Positions 1 to 9,227 of a stretch of DNA of 64,000 nt are shown one piece after another (position 1 is the stretch's first letter; each line of letters starts with the position of its first letter). The notes beneath the pieces were generated by a model. That model had not been told where the DNA came from. It did not search any database and saw nothing but the letters and a program-made list of their open reading frames with translations. The stretch is from assembly GCA_965237445.1 (NCBI GenBank), contig OZ250142.1, positions 176,153-240,152 of the forward strand, given 5' to 3'. This DNA comes from Dehalococcoidia bacterium (GTDB lineage Bacteria; Chloroflexota; Dehalococcoidia; Lucifugimonadales; G963668185). Made by a program: the position numbers and the translations under genes.

Positions 1-991
1 TTGCATGCTGAGACGAGGGCACGGGTCGACAGGCTGGTGTCAAGGCGCGAAGGCAGGGACCTTACGACTAGCGCGCCAAGGTTAAGAAACTCAGTCAAAT
101 ACCTGCTGGGATTCCGAGGTTTGAAGCGAATGGTGGCGGGCCTCAAGTCGTGGACTTAGACCGGATCGCTCGGGAGTCCTTTGTCGAGTGGGTCTCGGAG
201 GCAATGCACGAGGCTGCGCGGGAGGGCGCGGTCCTCGTCGAGATCCGGTTTGGCGCGGGCTGGGCACTGTGGCCAGACTTGATGCCCAAGTTCCGTGAGG
301 CCGAACTCCTGACTAAGACCAAGTACCCCAGATTCTACGCAGAGGCCGTCATCTCGGGTCTATCGCCCCACGCCCAGACGGGAATGTGCTTCTAGATGCG
401 TGTTTGGAGGCTCGATGGGCTGGGTTGGCTGGGTTGGCTGGGTTGGCTGGGATCGACTTCATACCGACACCTTACGAGCGGGAAGCGAAACGGGAGCAGT
501 GGGACGAGACCTATTCCTGGGCCGAGAGAGCGGCTAGCGCTAGACTGGGCATCACTGTACACGCAGGTGAGTTCTCGCCAGCCAACATCCTCAAGGCACT
601 GGGCGTTCCCGGAGTGAGCCGCATTGGACACGCCGTTCACGCTGCCAGCGACTCTGTGCTATTGGACGAGATGGTCAAGGCACAGGTAACCGTGGAGTGC
701 TGTCTGACTTCAAACGTTGTCCTGGGAGCAGTGCCGTCACTCAAGAGTCATCCGATGCGGACCTTCATTGATGCCGGCATTCCAGTCACACTCAACTCGG
801 ACGATCCCGTAAGCTTTTGCACGAGCATTGGAGCTGAGTACGGGCTGGCGGCCGGTCTCGGCTAGAGTGCGCCGGACTTGCTTGGCTTAACCCGAAACGG
901 GATTGCAGCCTCGTTCGCGTCGGGTGAGCGGAAGACGGCCCTGCTATCGCAGATCGATCAGCGCGAAAACAGACATTCCGGAAATCGGTAA
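1..991 (+). pseudogene. adenosine/AMP-deaminase-family gene; 5' end lies outside the window; disrupted by at least two frameshifts and one in-frame TAG
   Basis: Deaminase-like sequence runs through three frames. Frame 1 covers 1-159. Frame 3 covers 150-395 (DLDRIARESFVEWVSEAMHEAAREGAVLVEIRFG). Frame 2 covers 386-865 (GIDFIPTPYE, GITVHAGEF, GHAVHA, LTSNV, VTLNSDDP). After an in-frame TAG at 863-865 the same frame continues 866-991 (LTRNGIAASFASGERKTALL) to TAA 989-991. Confidence 0.6.
421..451. repeat. 9-bp tandem repeat TGGGTTGGC, about 3.4 copies, inside the deaminase pseudogene
   Basis: Perfect copies at 421-429, 430-438 and 439-447, plus partial TGGG at 448-451. It encodes AGLAGLAGLAG in the deaminase frame. 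Confidence 0.9.
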
Positions 992-1194
992 CCAGCCGGA
1001 CGGTTCGCAGCTGGAGTCGGGCTGCAAGAGTTAACGACGCGCTACCATGGAGGCAGTACAAATGGTTGACGGCCAAGTATGCTGCTGTTAACTTGCCTAA
1101 TGTCATGCAGAACAGCGCAAGCAACTTGGTCTGCTTCTGTACCGTCGGCCAGTAAGGTCGACGGGCTTTCCCTCACAAGCAAACTAGCAAATTT

Positions 1195-1231
1195 AGCCCC
1201 GTTCGGCCCATGCGCGAACGGGGCTTTTTCT
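1195..1231 (+). terminator. rho-independent terminator-like hairpin
   Basis: An 11-bp perfect stem, AGCCCCGTTCG (1195-1205) pairing with CGAACGGGGCT (1215-1225), has a 9-nt loop and is followed by TTTTTCT. It lies downstream of the deaminase pseudogene and upstream of the sulfite reductase start. Confidence 0.6.
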
Positions 1232-1282
1232 ATGCCTCGAACGGGCCAGCCTGACACAACAGATGACACACAGGAGCATCGA

Positions 1283-3046
1283 ATGACACAGACGGCTAAC
1301 CGGCCTGCAACAAAAGGCGTACTCGAGACCCTGCCCGAGGAGTTGGACGACTTCGAACGCCAGGTGAAGAAGTTCCAGGCGGGCGAGTGGGACGAGATAG
1401 AGTTCCAAGCCTTTCGACTCAAACAGGGCGTGTATGGCCAGCGCCAGTCGGACGTGCAGATGGTGCGTGTGAAGGCGCCATTCGGCGGCGTGACGGCGGA
1501 GATGCTGGACGCGCTGGGCGAGTCCGCTGCCAAGTTCGCGCCACTGAACATAGGGCACGTGACCACACGAGAGAACATCCAGTACCACCACATCAAGCTG
1601 GAGGACACGCCGAAGATGATGCGCGTGCTGGCCGCGGCGGGCATGAGCACGCGAGAGGCGTGCGGCAACACGGTGCGCAACGTTACGGGCTGCCCCAAGG
1701 CGGGAGTGTGCGCCGACGAGGTGTTCAATGTGACGCCATACGCGGCCGCGTATGCGCGATACTTCGTGCGGCACCCGGTCACGCAGGCGATGCCGCGAAA
1801 GGTGAAATCTGCGTTCTCGGGCTGCGAGGCTGACTGCGCGATTACGCCGATACACGACATGGGTTTCGTCCCCAAGATCGTAGGCGGCCGGAAGGGTTTC
1901 AAGATGGTCACCGGGGGCGGGACTTCGATCATGCCCCGGATCGCGCCAGTGCTCTACGACTTTGTGCCGGTGGAAGAGTACCTCAAGATCTCGGAGGCGG
2001 TCTTCCGCATTTTCGACCGCACGAACGAGCTCCGGCGAAACCGAATGAAGGCACGGATCAAGTTCTACATCGCCCGCATTGGGATTGACGAGTTCCGCAA
2101 GGAGGTCGAGGAGGAGTTGCGGCAGCCGTGGGCGCAGCGGGACATCGACCCGACCGGGCTGCTGTTCGTGGAAGACGAATCGCTCGATGCGCCGATGCCG
2201 CCGGTGGGCGGGTACAGCCGCAACGGGCACGTGCCGGAGTTCGCGCGGTGGGTGGAATCAAACGTGGAGCGGCAGAAGCAGGAGCCGTACACGGTGGCGA
2301 CTGCGAAGCTGCCGCTGGGCGACATCTCGGCCGAGCAGTTCCACGACCTGGCCGACCTGTCACGGAAGTACGCCGGCGGAAGGGCGAGGCTCACGCACCA
2401 GCAGAACATTGCGTTCCGGTGGGTGCACCAGGACGCGCTGTACGAGTTCTGGCAGGAGCTCAGCCGCATAGGGTTTGGAGATCCGGGCGCGCACGAGATC
2501 ACGGACGTTGTGTCGTGCCCCGGCACGGATAGCTGCAAGCTGGGCATTACGGCATCGATGGGCCTGGGCCGCGCGATCTCCGAGTCCATCCAAGGGATGG
2601 ACACGTCGGACCCGCTCGTCCGGCAGATGCACGTGAAGATGAGCGGCTGCCCGAACGGGTGCGGCCAGCATCACGTCGCCGACATCGGCTTCCACGGCGC
2701 GGCGGCGAAGGCTCCCGGCGGACAGGTCCCATCCTATGAGCTGTTCCTTGGAGGAAGCTACGAGGGCGGGGACCCGCGGTTCGGACAGCGCGTCCGTGGC
2801 CGCGTGGCGGCGAAGAACGTTCCCGTGGCGCTGCAGGAGATCATCGGCCTGTACAAGGAGCAGCGCGACGAGGGCGAACGGTTCAAGGACTTCGTGGTCC
2901 GCGTGGGGCCGAAGACGTTCGAGCCGATCATGGCCGAGCACCGGGAGACGCGAGAGCTAAACCGGGAGTCGATCGAAACGTATATGGACTGGGACAAGAC
3001 AGTGATATACAAGATGGAGCGCGGCGAGGGCGAGTGCGCGATCTGA
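1283..3046 (+). CDS. sir: ferredoxin-type assimilatory sulfite/nitrite reductase (siroheme, 4Fe-4S)
   Basis: A 587-aa ORF from ATG 1283. The 1079 extension runs through the terminator hairpin and looks non-coding. It has duplicated nitrite/sulfite reductase half-domains and cluster/siroheme Cys motifs VSCPGTDSCKLG and MSGCPNGCGQHH. Confidence 0.85.
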   Translation: MTQTANRPATKGVLETLPEELDDFERQVKKFQAGEWDEIEFQAFRLKQGVYGQRQSDVQMVRVKAPFGGVTAEMLDALGESAAKFAPLNIGHVTTRENIQYHHIKLEDTPKMMRVLAAAGMSTREACGNTVRNVTGCPKAGVCADEVFNVTPYAAAYARYFVRHPVTQAMPRKVKSAFSGCEADCAITPIHDMGFVPKIVGGRKGFKMVTGGGTSIMPRIAPVLYDFVPVEEYLKISEAVFRIFDRTNELRRNRMKARIKFYIARIGIDEFRKEVEEELRQPWAQRDIDPTGLLFVEDESLDAPMPPVGGYSRNGHVPEFARWVESNVERQKQEPYTVATAKLPLGDISAEQFHDLADLSRKYAGGRARLTHQQNIAFRWVHQDALYEFWQELSRIGFGDPGAHEITDVVSCPGTDSCKLGITASMGLGRAISESIQGMDTSDPLVRQMHVKMSGCPNGCGQHHVADIGFHGAAAKAPGGQVPSYELFLGGSYEGGDPRFGQRVRGRVAAKNVPVALQEIIGLYKEQRDEGERFKDFVVRVGPKTFEPIMAEHRETRELNRESIETYMDWDKTVIYKMERGEGECAI

Positions 3047-3291
3047 CTCTTCCTTAAGAGTTCAAGGCTGTCTGGCCATTTTGGCAGAAGCAGGGTAGTT
3101 CCCTCCATTTGACTTCTCTCGTGGAGAAGGAGTGTAGTGCCGCAGTATCGGGGCGGCGTTGTCTTCCAATTGACGCAGAGAGAATTCTTGCCAAGGCTTT
3201 AGATCCCCCGGCTTCGCGCGGGATGACAGTGGAAGCCGTGGGTGCCGCTGCAGAGATATGGGACATTAGGCGTGCGGCCGGCGGAGCGGCG

Positions 3292-3678
3292 CTAGCGTCT
3301 TGGCCGGAAGCGGTCCCACCAGGAGCCGGTCGAATCTTCCTCGATGACCTGACCTCTCCAGCGCTTTTGGGCCTTTGGCGGCCGGATGAAGAACATTCCG
3401 TAGGCCACGATGAAGAGGATGAGGCCGGCAAAGGCCACAATTGCAACGGGTCCAACTCCAACGGAGTTCAGAACGAGCGCGGCCAGAAGAAGCAGGACGG
3501 CCGCGATCATCGCGCGGCCCGGCGTTAGCGACCAGGGCTTTCCGGCGAGGGACTGCCTCACGTGAGTCCAAACGAGCCGTCTAAGGCCGAGTTTCTTAGG
3601 TGAGGGCGCGACGGGCGGCGTGGCTTCGCCGGCCTGTCGCAGGATCTCCTCGATCTCTCGCTGGTACCGATCGGACAT
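3292..3678 (-). CDS. small hypothetical membrane protein
   Basis: 128 aa with a charged N-terminus (MSDRYQREIEEILRQAGE). One long hydrophobic segment, MIAAVLLLLAALVLNSVGVGPVAIVAFAGLILFIVAYGMFFI, is compatible with two TM helices. No family recognised. Confidence 0.5.
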   Translation of the reverse strand: MSDRYQREIEEILRQAGEATPPVAPSPKKLGLRRLVWTHVRQSLAGKPWSLTPGRAMIAAVLLLLAALVLNSVGVGPVAIVAFAGLILFIVAYGMFFIRPPKAQKRWRGQVIEEDSTGSWWDRFRPRR

Positions 3679-3920
3679 GCCGACTCCCCAGTGCGTTCCT
3701 GACGGTCACGGTCGAGTTCGAAGCAGGGCGCATGAATGCTCCGAGTTCGCCAGGGGCCATCCACTTAAAATGCTAGCTAAGGGCGGTTCGGAGTGTCAAG
3801 TTGGCGTGGCCGGGCCACCATGCCGCTTGTTGTCCCTATGCTAACAGTGCCGACCAAAGCTATTATGCGTGTAGTTCAACCACCGGAGCCCTCAAGTATT
3901 GAGCCTCTTAAGGAAAGCGT

Positions 3921-4211
3921 ATGGATAGAGACGAGGTTCTGGAGAAGCTACGGTCGCACAAGGCGACCTTGGTTCAACAATTCGCCGTGGCTGAGCTGGC
4001 ATTGTTCGGCTCCATAGCTCGTGGTCAAGCCTCAGATCGGAGCGATATTGATATTCTCGTTCGCTTCGATGGGCCTGCTACATCGAGGTCATATTTCGGC
4101 GTTCAGTTCTACATCGAAGACCTCTTGGGTCGACCCGTTGACTTAGTCACAGACAAGGCCCTGAGAGCGGAGTTGCGACCTTTCGTGGAGCGAGATGCCC
4201 TTGTTATCTGA
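3921..4211 (+). CDS. MNT-type nucleotidyltransferase (antitoxin of MNT/HepT type VII TA pairs)
   Basis: 96 aa with the minimal nucleotidyltransferase motif LFGSIARGQASDRSDIDILVRF. It has an AAGGAAAG RBS and overlaps the downstream HepT-like frame by 17 nt. Confidence 0.85.
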   Translation: MDRDEVLEKLRSHKATLVQQFAVAELALFGSIARGQASDRSDIDILVRFDGPATSRSYFGVQFYIEDLLGRPVDLVTDKALRAELRPFVERDALVI

Positions 4212-4580
4212 CCCACGCGATGAATCCCGCAGGTGGGTCCTTTATGTGAGGGATATGATCGAGCTCGCAGAGAAGATCACCTCCCAAACGGACGGCATGG
4301 ACGGCATGGACAAAGAGACATCAAGACTGACACGCGGACATACGATGCTGCACTGCGCAACCTCGAACTCATCGGAGAGGCTGCAACTCACATTCCGAGC
4401 ATTGTGCGCGAGGAACACGAAGAGATTGAATGGAGGCGCATTGTCGCGACTCGGAACCGAGTGGCGCACGGGTAATTGGGCATCGACGACGACGTTATCT
4501 GGGATTTGATCCAATCGGATGTCCCGGAACTGTCGCACAGACTTCACACGCTGTTGGATTTCACAGTCCACAAAACATGA
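4195..4580 (+). pseudogene. HepT/DUF86 HEPN toxin gene, inactivated by a frameshift plus an in-frame TAA
   Basis: The N-terminal part is in the 4195 frame (WVLYVRDMIELAEKITSQ). The core is in the 4233 frame (YDAALRNLELIGEAATHIP ... RNRVAHG, the Rx4H motif). TAA at 4473-4475 sits where the family has Tyr (AHGY). The same frame continues LGIDDDVIWDLIQSDVPEL to TGA 4578-4580. An in-frame 9-bp tandem duplication GACGGCATG x2 lies at 4291-4308. Confidence 0.75.
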
Positions 4581-4681
4581 CGACAAGAGTGTTACGTTTT
4601 CGCCACTAGCCTCCCTGCGAGATCCCTAGCCAGCAGCTGTCCGGAGCTTCAATCTAGCTGGGCGGGGAGCGAGGGTGCCTA

Positions 4682-4690
4682 TGCTATAAT
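4682..4690 (+). promoter_or_regulatory. extended -10 promoter element (TGcTATAAT) for hemQ
   Basis: TGCTATAAT at 4682-4690 lies 26 nt upstream of ATG 4717, with an AGGAG RBS in between. Confidence 0.5.
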
Positions 4691-4716
4691 CGGGCGCCCT
4701 TCAGGAGCGTGTCCCA

Positions 4717-5421
4717 ATGGACGGAAACGGTCGGCAGTTCGTCAAATACGATTTCTTCAAGGTCCGCCGTGAGTGGTTCCAGCAAGTCTGGGATGAGCAG
4801 CGGGGAGACAAGAACGAGTTCGCTGCGGTGGTGAGCGAGATGCCCGACCTGCTTATGACGAGGGCGTACAGTCTCGTAGGGCTTCGGGGCGACGCAGATT
4901 TCCTGCTGTGGCACACTTCGGAAACGCTCGAAGGCCTGCAGAGCAGCGCAGCCCGGCTTCGGAGCACGGGCATGGCGCAGTACCTAGACCAGCCGTACTC
5001 GTATCTAGCCATGACGAGGCAGTCTGAGTACGTGAGCGAGCATCGCCACGAGGGCCAGGAGGGGACGCGCACGAAGGTGATTCCGGCCGAAGCTAAGTAC
5101 CTTATCGTGTACCCGTTCGTTAAGACGAGGGAGTGGTACCTGCTGCCCAAAGAGGAGAGGCAGCGAATGATGTCCGAGCACTTCCGTATTGGCCACAAGT
5201 ACCCGTCAGTGTCGATACATACGAGCTACTCGTTCGGGCTGGACGACTACGAGTTCATGCTGGGTTTTGAGACCGACTACCCTGGCGAGTTCCTTGACCT
5301 GGTGGCGGAATTGCGCACGGTTGAGGGCAGCATGTTCACGAAGCTGGACACCCCCATCTTCACTTGCGTTTCGATGTCGATCGAGGAAGCACTGGATAGT
5401 TTAGGCGGCGCCAGAGCATAG
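4717..5421 (+). CDS. hemQ: chlorite dismutase-family coproheme decarboxylase (HemQ/ChdC)
   Basis: 234 aa. Family-typical segments are KYLIVYPFVKTREWYLLPKEERQRMMSEHFRIGHKY and SYSFGLDDYEFMLGFETD. Confidence 0.85.
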   Translation: MDGNGRQFVKYDFFKVRREWFQQVWDEQRGDKNEFAAVVSEMPDLLMTRAYSLVGLRGDADFLLWHTSETLEGLQSSAARLRSTGMAQYLDQPYSYLAMTRQSEYVSEHRHEGQEGTRTKVIPAEAKYLIVYPFVKTREWYLLPKEERQRMMSEHFRIGHKYPSVSIHTSYSFGLDDYEFMLGFETDYPGEFLDLVAELRTVEGSMFTKLDTPIFTCVSMSIEEALDSLGGARA

Positions 5422-5444
5422 CCGTGGACCCACACGGCTTTTGG
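5420..5444 (+). terminator. rho-independent terminator-like hairpin after hemQ
   Basis: Stem AGCCGTG (5420-5426) pairs with CACGGCT (5433-5439), with loop GACCCA, followed by TTTTGGGG. Confidence 0.5.
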
Positions 5445-5511
5445 GGTCCGTTGCGAACCGGAGCGACCGGAGACGTGGACCCAAAGACCTGCAACCTAAA
5501 GGAGAAGTCAA

Positions 5512-7152
5512 TTGAACGGTGACACTGCGGTCGCGAAGATCTTGAAAGCTGAGGGAATCGAGTGGCTGGCCTGTTTCCCAGCGCAGAGCCTTATTGATGC
5601 CTGCTCACGCGAAGGCATCAGGCCCGTGCTGTGCAGGCAGGAACGGGCGGGGGTGAACATGGCGGACGGCTTCAGCCGGGTCAAGAACGGCAAGACCGTG
5701 GGCGTGTTCACGATGCAACACGGCCCGGGAGCGGAGAACGCTATGTCGGGCGCGGCGCAGGCGTTCGCGGACTCGGTCCCGATCCTGTTGCTGCCGGGAG
5801 GGGAGGCACGAGACCGCCAGGGCGTGCACCCGTATTTCGAGGCGGCGAAGAACTACGAGGGGTTCACCAAGTGGTCCCGTACGACTAGCCTTGCGAGCCG
5901 AATCCCGGCCGTCATGCGCCAGGCGTTCACGCACCTCAAACACGGCAGGCTTGGCCCGGTGCTTGTAGAGATACCGACGGACGTCGCGCTAGAGGAGATA
6001 CCCGGCAACGGGCTAGACTACCAGGCGGTCGCGAGGCGCAGGTCGGGCGGAGACCCGGACGACGTACGAGACATGGTGCGGGCATTGCTGGCGGCGAAGC
6101 GTCCGGTCGTAACGGCGGGCCAGGGCGTGCTGTACGCGGAGGCGAGCGACGAGCTGCTGGAGTTCGCGGAGCTCGCAAACGTGCCGGTGATGACGACGCT
6201 CGCGGGCAAGAGCGCGTTCCCGGAGACGCACCGGCTGGCGCTTGGCACAGGAGGTAATTCGGGAACGAAAATGGTGGCGCACTTCCTTGAGCAGGCTGAC
6301 TTCGTGCTGGGCATAGGAACGAGCTTCACGCAGTCGACCTTCGCCGCTCCCGTTCCGGCACATGCCGCTCTGGCGCAGGTGACGGTCTGCGCCGAGGACC
6401 TGAACAAGGAACGCACGGTGGACTTCGGGGCGGTGGGCGACGCCAAGCTGGTACTGGCACAGATGTGCGAGGAGGTCAGGCGGCAGACGGGCGAGCACGG
6501 TCGCGGCGACGTGCTGGGCGTGGCCGATGAGATAGCAAGGGTGAAGACGGAGTGGATGGCCGAATGGGGATCGAAGTTCACGTCCGATGAGGTCCCGATC
6601 AGCCCGTACCGCGTGATCAAGGAGATGGAAAGCGCGGTCGACGTGCGGGAGACGATCCTGACGCACGACTCTGGCTATCCGCGAGACCAAGTTGTTCCGT
6701 TCTGGCCGGTCGAGACACCAAGAGGCTACATCGGCTGGGGCAAGTCGACACAGCTCGGCTACGGGCTGGGACTGGCGATGGGCGCGAAACTCGCGGCGCC
6801 TGAGAAGCACGTGATTAACCTCATGGGCGACGCGGCTTTCGGAATGTCGGGCCTCGACATCGAGACGGCCGTCCGATCAGAGATCGGCATACTGACTGTG
6901 GTGCTTAACAACGGCGTGATGACCGGCTATTCGGACCACATGCCGCACGCGACCGAGGTGCACGGCAGCAATGCGCTGGGCGGGAACTACGCCGGAGTCG
7001 CCTCCGAGCTGGGTGCGAGCGCGGAGAGGGTCTCGTCACCGGGCGAGATCGCGGGCGCGCTGGGCCGAGGCCTGGCAGCGGCGAGCGAGGGCAGGCCGGC
7101 GCTGGTTGAAGTGATGACCAAAGAGGAGAAGAACGTCCCGAAGTACTGGTAG
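5512..7152 (+). CDS. thiamine-diphosphate-dependent enzyme (acetolactate synthase-like superfamily; substrate unknown)
   Basis: 546 aa with a TTG start preceded by an AAGGAGAAG RBS. The N-terminal Pyr domain, middle domain and C-terminal ThDP motif GDAAFGMSGLDIETAVRSEIGILTVVLNNG are present. Confidence 0.8.
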   Translation: MNGDTAVAKILKAEGIEWLACFPAQSLIDACSREGIRPVLCRQERAGVNMADGFSRVKNGKTVGVFTMQHGPGAENAMSGAAQAFADSVPILLLPGGEARDRQGVHPYFEAAKNYEGFTKWSRTTSLASRIPAVMRQAFTHLKHGRLGPVLVEIPTDVALEEIPGNGLDYQAVARRRSGGDPDDVRDMVRALLAAKRPVVTAGQGVLYAEASDELLEFAELANVPVMTTLAGKSAFPETHRLALGTGGNSGTKMVAHFLEQADFVLGIGTSFTQSTFAAPVPAHAALAQVTVCAEDLNKERTVDFGAVGDAKLVLAQMCEEVRRQTGEHGRGDVLGVADEIARVKTEWMAEWGSKFTSDEVPISPYRVIKEMESAVDVRETILTHDSGYPRDQVVPFWPVETPRGYIGWGKSTQLGYGLGLAMGAKLAAPEKHVINLMGDAAFGMSGLDIETAVRSEIGILTVVLNNGVMTGYSDHMPHATEVHGSNALGGNYAGVASELGASAERVSSPGEIAGALGRGLAAASEGRPALVEVMTKEEKNVPKYW

Positions 7153-7247
7153 GGACGGACAAGGAGAATCCAGCGAACGAGGCAACAACACCCGTTCACA
7201 CCGCCGACAAATGAAAGCGTGGCCGATGCCTGTGATAGCATCAAACT

Positions 7248-7631
7248 ATGACCACAGCAACTGACGCGACACTCGTCTTCGCCGATGCCCGCGCGATGTA
7301 CGATGCGGCGCTGCAGCAATGGGCAGTCGGCGACGTACGCGACGCTGCCGAGAAGGCTTGGTGCGCCGCCAAGCGCGCCACCGACGCGCTCATTCTGGCT
7401 CGCACCGGAGAACTGCCACCGAAGTCGCCCGACACTACGAGGGCATTGCGGGAAATGGCAATGACAGAACCGGCGGTGCGGAGCCTCCGGGGTCGTTACT
7501 TCGAGCGCCAAAGTGTTTTGCACGGTGACTGCTTCTACACGGGCCTATGCGAGCCCATTGATGACGCCGGTCGGCTGGTCCGGGAGACGATTGACTACAT
7601 CCGGGACGCGGAGCAGTTAGCCGGCTTCTAG
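7248..7631 (+). CDS. hypothetical helical protein, PaREP1/HEPN-like
   Basis: 127 aa. AEKAWCAAKRATDALILA and LHGDCFYTG resemble PaREP1-type HEPN-like proteins. The assignment rests on remembered family motifs only. Confidence 0.4.
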   Translation: MTTATDATLVFADARAMYDAALQQWAVGDVRDAAEKAWCAAKRATDALILARTGELPPKSPDTTRALREMAMTEPAVRSLRGRYFERQSVLHGDCFYTGLCEPIDDAGRLVRETIDYIRDAEQLAGF

Positions 7632-7711
7632 CCACTTCAGCCGAAGGTCCCGAATCGAATCGCAGCGTTGAACTCAGGCCCCCGAAAGACCTGTAGGCTT
7701 GTGGCATGACC

Positions 7712-8632
7712 CTACTCCGGTTGGACGCGACCCGGGCGCCAGGACGCGCCATCTCCAGTCAGGAAGCCCGCGATGTCCGATGCGTACTTGACCTCTGAGT
7801 CGTCTTCCGGTTCGTATCCCAGCACCTTGCGGGCGCTGACGAGCGACCAGAAGGCCCGCGTGTTGTTGCTGATGCCGTACACCACGAGCCAGGGCACGCC
7901 ATGTTCGTTGCGTATGTCAGGGGTCTCCATGGACCTGCGGAAGAGTTGCGTAATGTCTCGGGGGCTGATGTAGGCGCCGAGATCGCGCTTGTACAGGGCC
8001 GGATTGCCCACGTAGACGTCGAGGTCCAGGTCACGCGGCGCGCCGATTCGCACGCAGACCACGCCCATCCTGCGGCCGGTGTTGATGCCGCCAACCCTGA
8101 CGACGGCCGCCGGATCACCGGCATCTGAGGCGAACGCACCGCTGGCGAACAGAAAGCCCATGTGCTCGTACGTGGCCTTGGCCCAGCCGTAGAAGTTGTC
8201 GGAAAGTGGCAACTCGTATGGGTCCACGACGTCTTTCTCCCCGCTATGGATGAGCATATGCTCGTACCAGTCGGCGGCGTGGTTTGAGCTTGCAATGACG
8301 ACTCGCTCTACGCCGGCGTCGAAGGCGCAGCGGAGCACGTTGTACGCCATGGCTACGTTCTGACGCTCGAAGAAGTAGTGGTCTATCAGTTCGCCGGAGC
8401 GGGCCCTGTATCCGAGATGTACCACGGCATCAACCCCTTCGAAGTGGTGCGCGTACTTCGAGCGGTCGTCGTCGATCAGGTCCGCGACCTGCACGCCCTC
8501 TACGGGATTGCCATCTCGATCGTTTGTTGAAACGTCGAGCATCACGAGGTCGTATCGCTGCCGGAACGTCGGCAGCATCTGGCTTGCGATGTACCCGGCG
8601 GCGCCGGTTATCAACACTTTCCTTTTCGCCAT
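7712..8632 (-). CDS. NAD-dependent epimerase/dehydratase family protein
   Basis: 306 aa with the N-terminal Rossmann motif KVLITGAAGYIASQM. A YGWAK segment fits the YxxxK catalytic motif. Confidence 0.8.
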   Translation of the reverse strand: MAKRKVLITGAAGYIASQMLPTFRQRYDLVMLDVSTNDRDGNPVEGVQVADLIDDDRSKYAHHFEGVDAVVHLGYRARSGELIDHYFFERQNVAMAYNVLRCAFDAGVERVVIASSNHAADWYEHMLIHSGEKDVVDPYELPLSDNFYGWAKATYEHMGFLFASGAFASDAGDPAAVVRVGGINTGRRMGVVCVRIGAPRDLDLDVYVGNPALYKRDLGAYISPRDITQLFRRSMETPDIRNEHGVPWLVVYGISNNTRAFWSLVSARKVLGYEPEDDSEVKYASDIAGFLTGDGASWRPGRVQPE

Positions 8633-8636
8633 GGGG

Positions 8637-9125
8637 TTACTCCTTTCGCAGGACTGCGGCGTCGGTCTGGGTCGTTGAGATAACGGTCGTTAGTACCTTG
8701 GTCATGCGTACGTGCTGCAGACCGTCCTCCTCGAAGGGCGGCCCGTCGACCTTGTAGCCTCGGCGGGCGTAGAACCGCTCGAGGTACGCCTGTGCATGAA
8801 CGACGACCTCGCGCAGGCCCTGCTCAGTTGCGCTTGCTTCCAGCCACTCTAGGACCTCGCCGCCTATGCCACATCGACGCAGGTCCCGGAGGACGGCCAT
8901 GCGCCCGATCCGCGCCTCGCCGGCAGCGTCCCGGTACAGGCGGCCGGTGCCGACGACCCGGCCGCACGAGTCGAAGGCGGCGGCGTGAACGGCCGACGCA
9001 TCGTACGCGTCGAACTCCACTTCGGCGGGCAGGCCCTGTTCTTCCACGAACACGGCCAGGCGCAGGGACTTCACGACTTGCCAATCGGATTTCCTGAGAA
9101 CTGCTCTTACGTGGATGGGGGTCAT
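8637..9125 (-). CDS. GNAT family N-acetyltransferase
   Basis: 162 aa with an acetyl-CoA binding-type segment IGRMAVLRDLRRCGIGGEVLEWL. It lies 4 nt downstream of the epimerase gene. Confidence 0.8.
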   Translation of the reverse strand: MTPIHVRAVLRKSDWQVVKSLRLAVFVEEQGLPAEVEFDAYDASAVHAAAFDSCGRVVGTGRLYRDAAGEARIGRMAVLRDLRRCGIGGEVLEWLEASATEQGLREVVVHAQAYLERFYARRGYKVDGPPFEEDGLQHVRMTKVLTTVISTTQTDAAVLRKE

Positions 9126-9227
9126 GCCAGAGCGGATTCTATCAGGAGGGCGTGCTTAGAAATGAGCCACAAGCAGTTGTGCTTCACGCTTAGAAGGGCT
9201 TGTTGGCGAGGGTCGGAAGGATGTGTA

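Noticed and set aside
421-451. Short tandem repeats (421-451 and 4291-4308) as a CRISPR-like or other array.
   Set aside because: The units are 9 bp, contiguous and without spacers, and they lie inside coding frames. They are simple VNTR or slippage duplications.
863-865. In-frame TAG (deaminase) and TAA (4473-4475, HepT) as programmed recoding, such as pyrrolysine or read-through.
   Set aside because: Both genes also carry frameshifts. The two stops are different codons. No pyl genes or recoding signals are visible. Simple pseudogenisation is the more economical explanation.
1193-2230. Long antisense or shadow ORFs opposite well-supported genes. Examples are 1193-2230(-), 6013-6810(-), 12384-13151(-), 13109-13984(+), 14496-15407(-), 16934-17848(+), 20594-21346(+), 42923-43933(+), 49676-50425(-) and 52578-53291(+).
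   Set aside because: They are typical high-GC shadow frames. Their translations are Arg/Ala/Pro/Gly-rich with no recognisable motifs. Each is fully overlapped by a gene with strong family signatures on the other strand or frame.
5512-7152. ThDP enzyme as sulfoacetaldehyde acetyltransferase (Xsc) supplying sulfite to the Soe-like enzyme.
   Set aside because: Only generic ThDP-family motifs are visible. At 546 aa its length is more typical of generic acetolactate-synthase-like proteins, and it is not adjacent to the molybdoenzyme genes. The idea cannot be supported without phylogeny.
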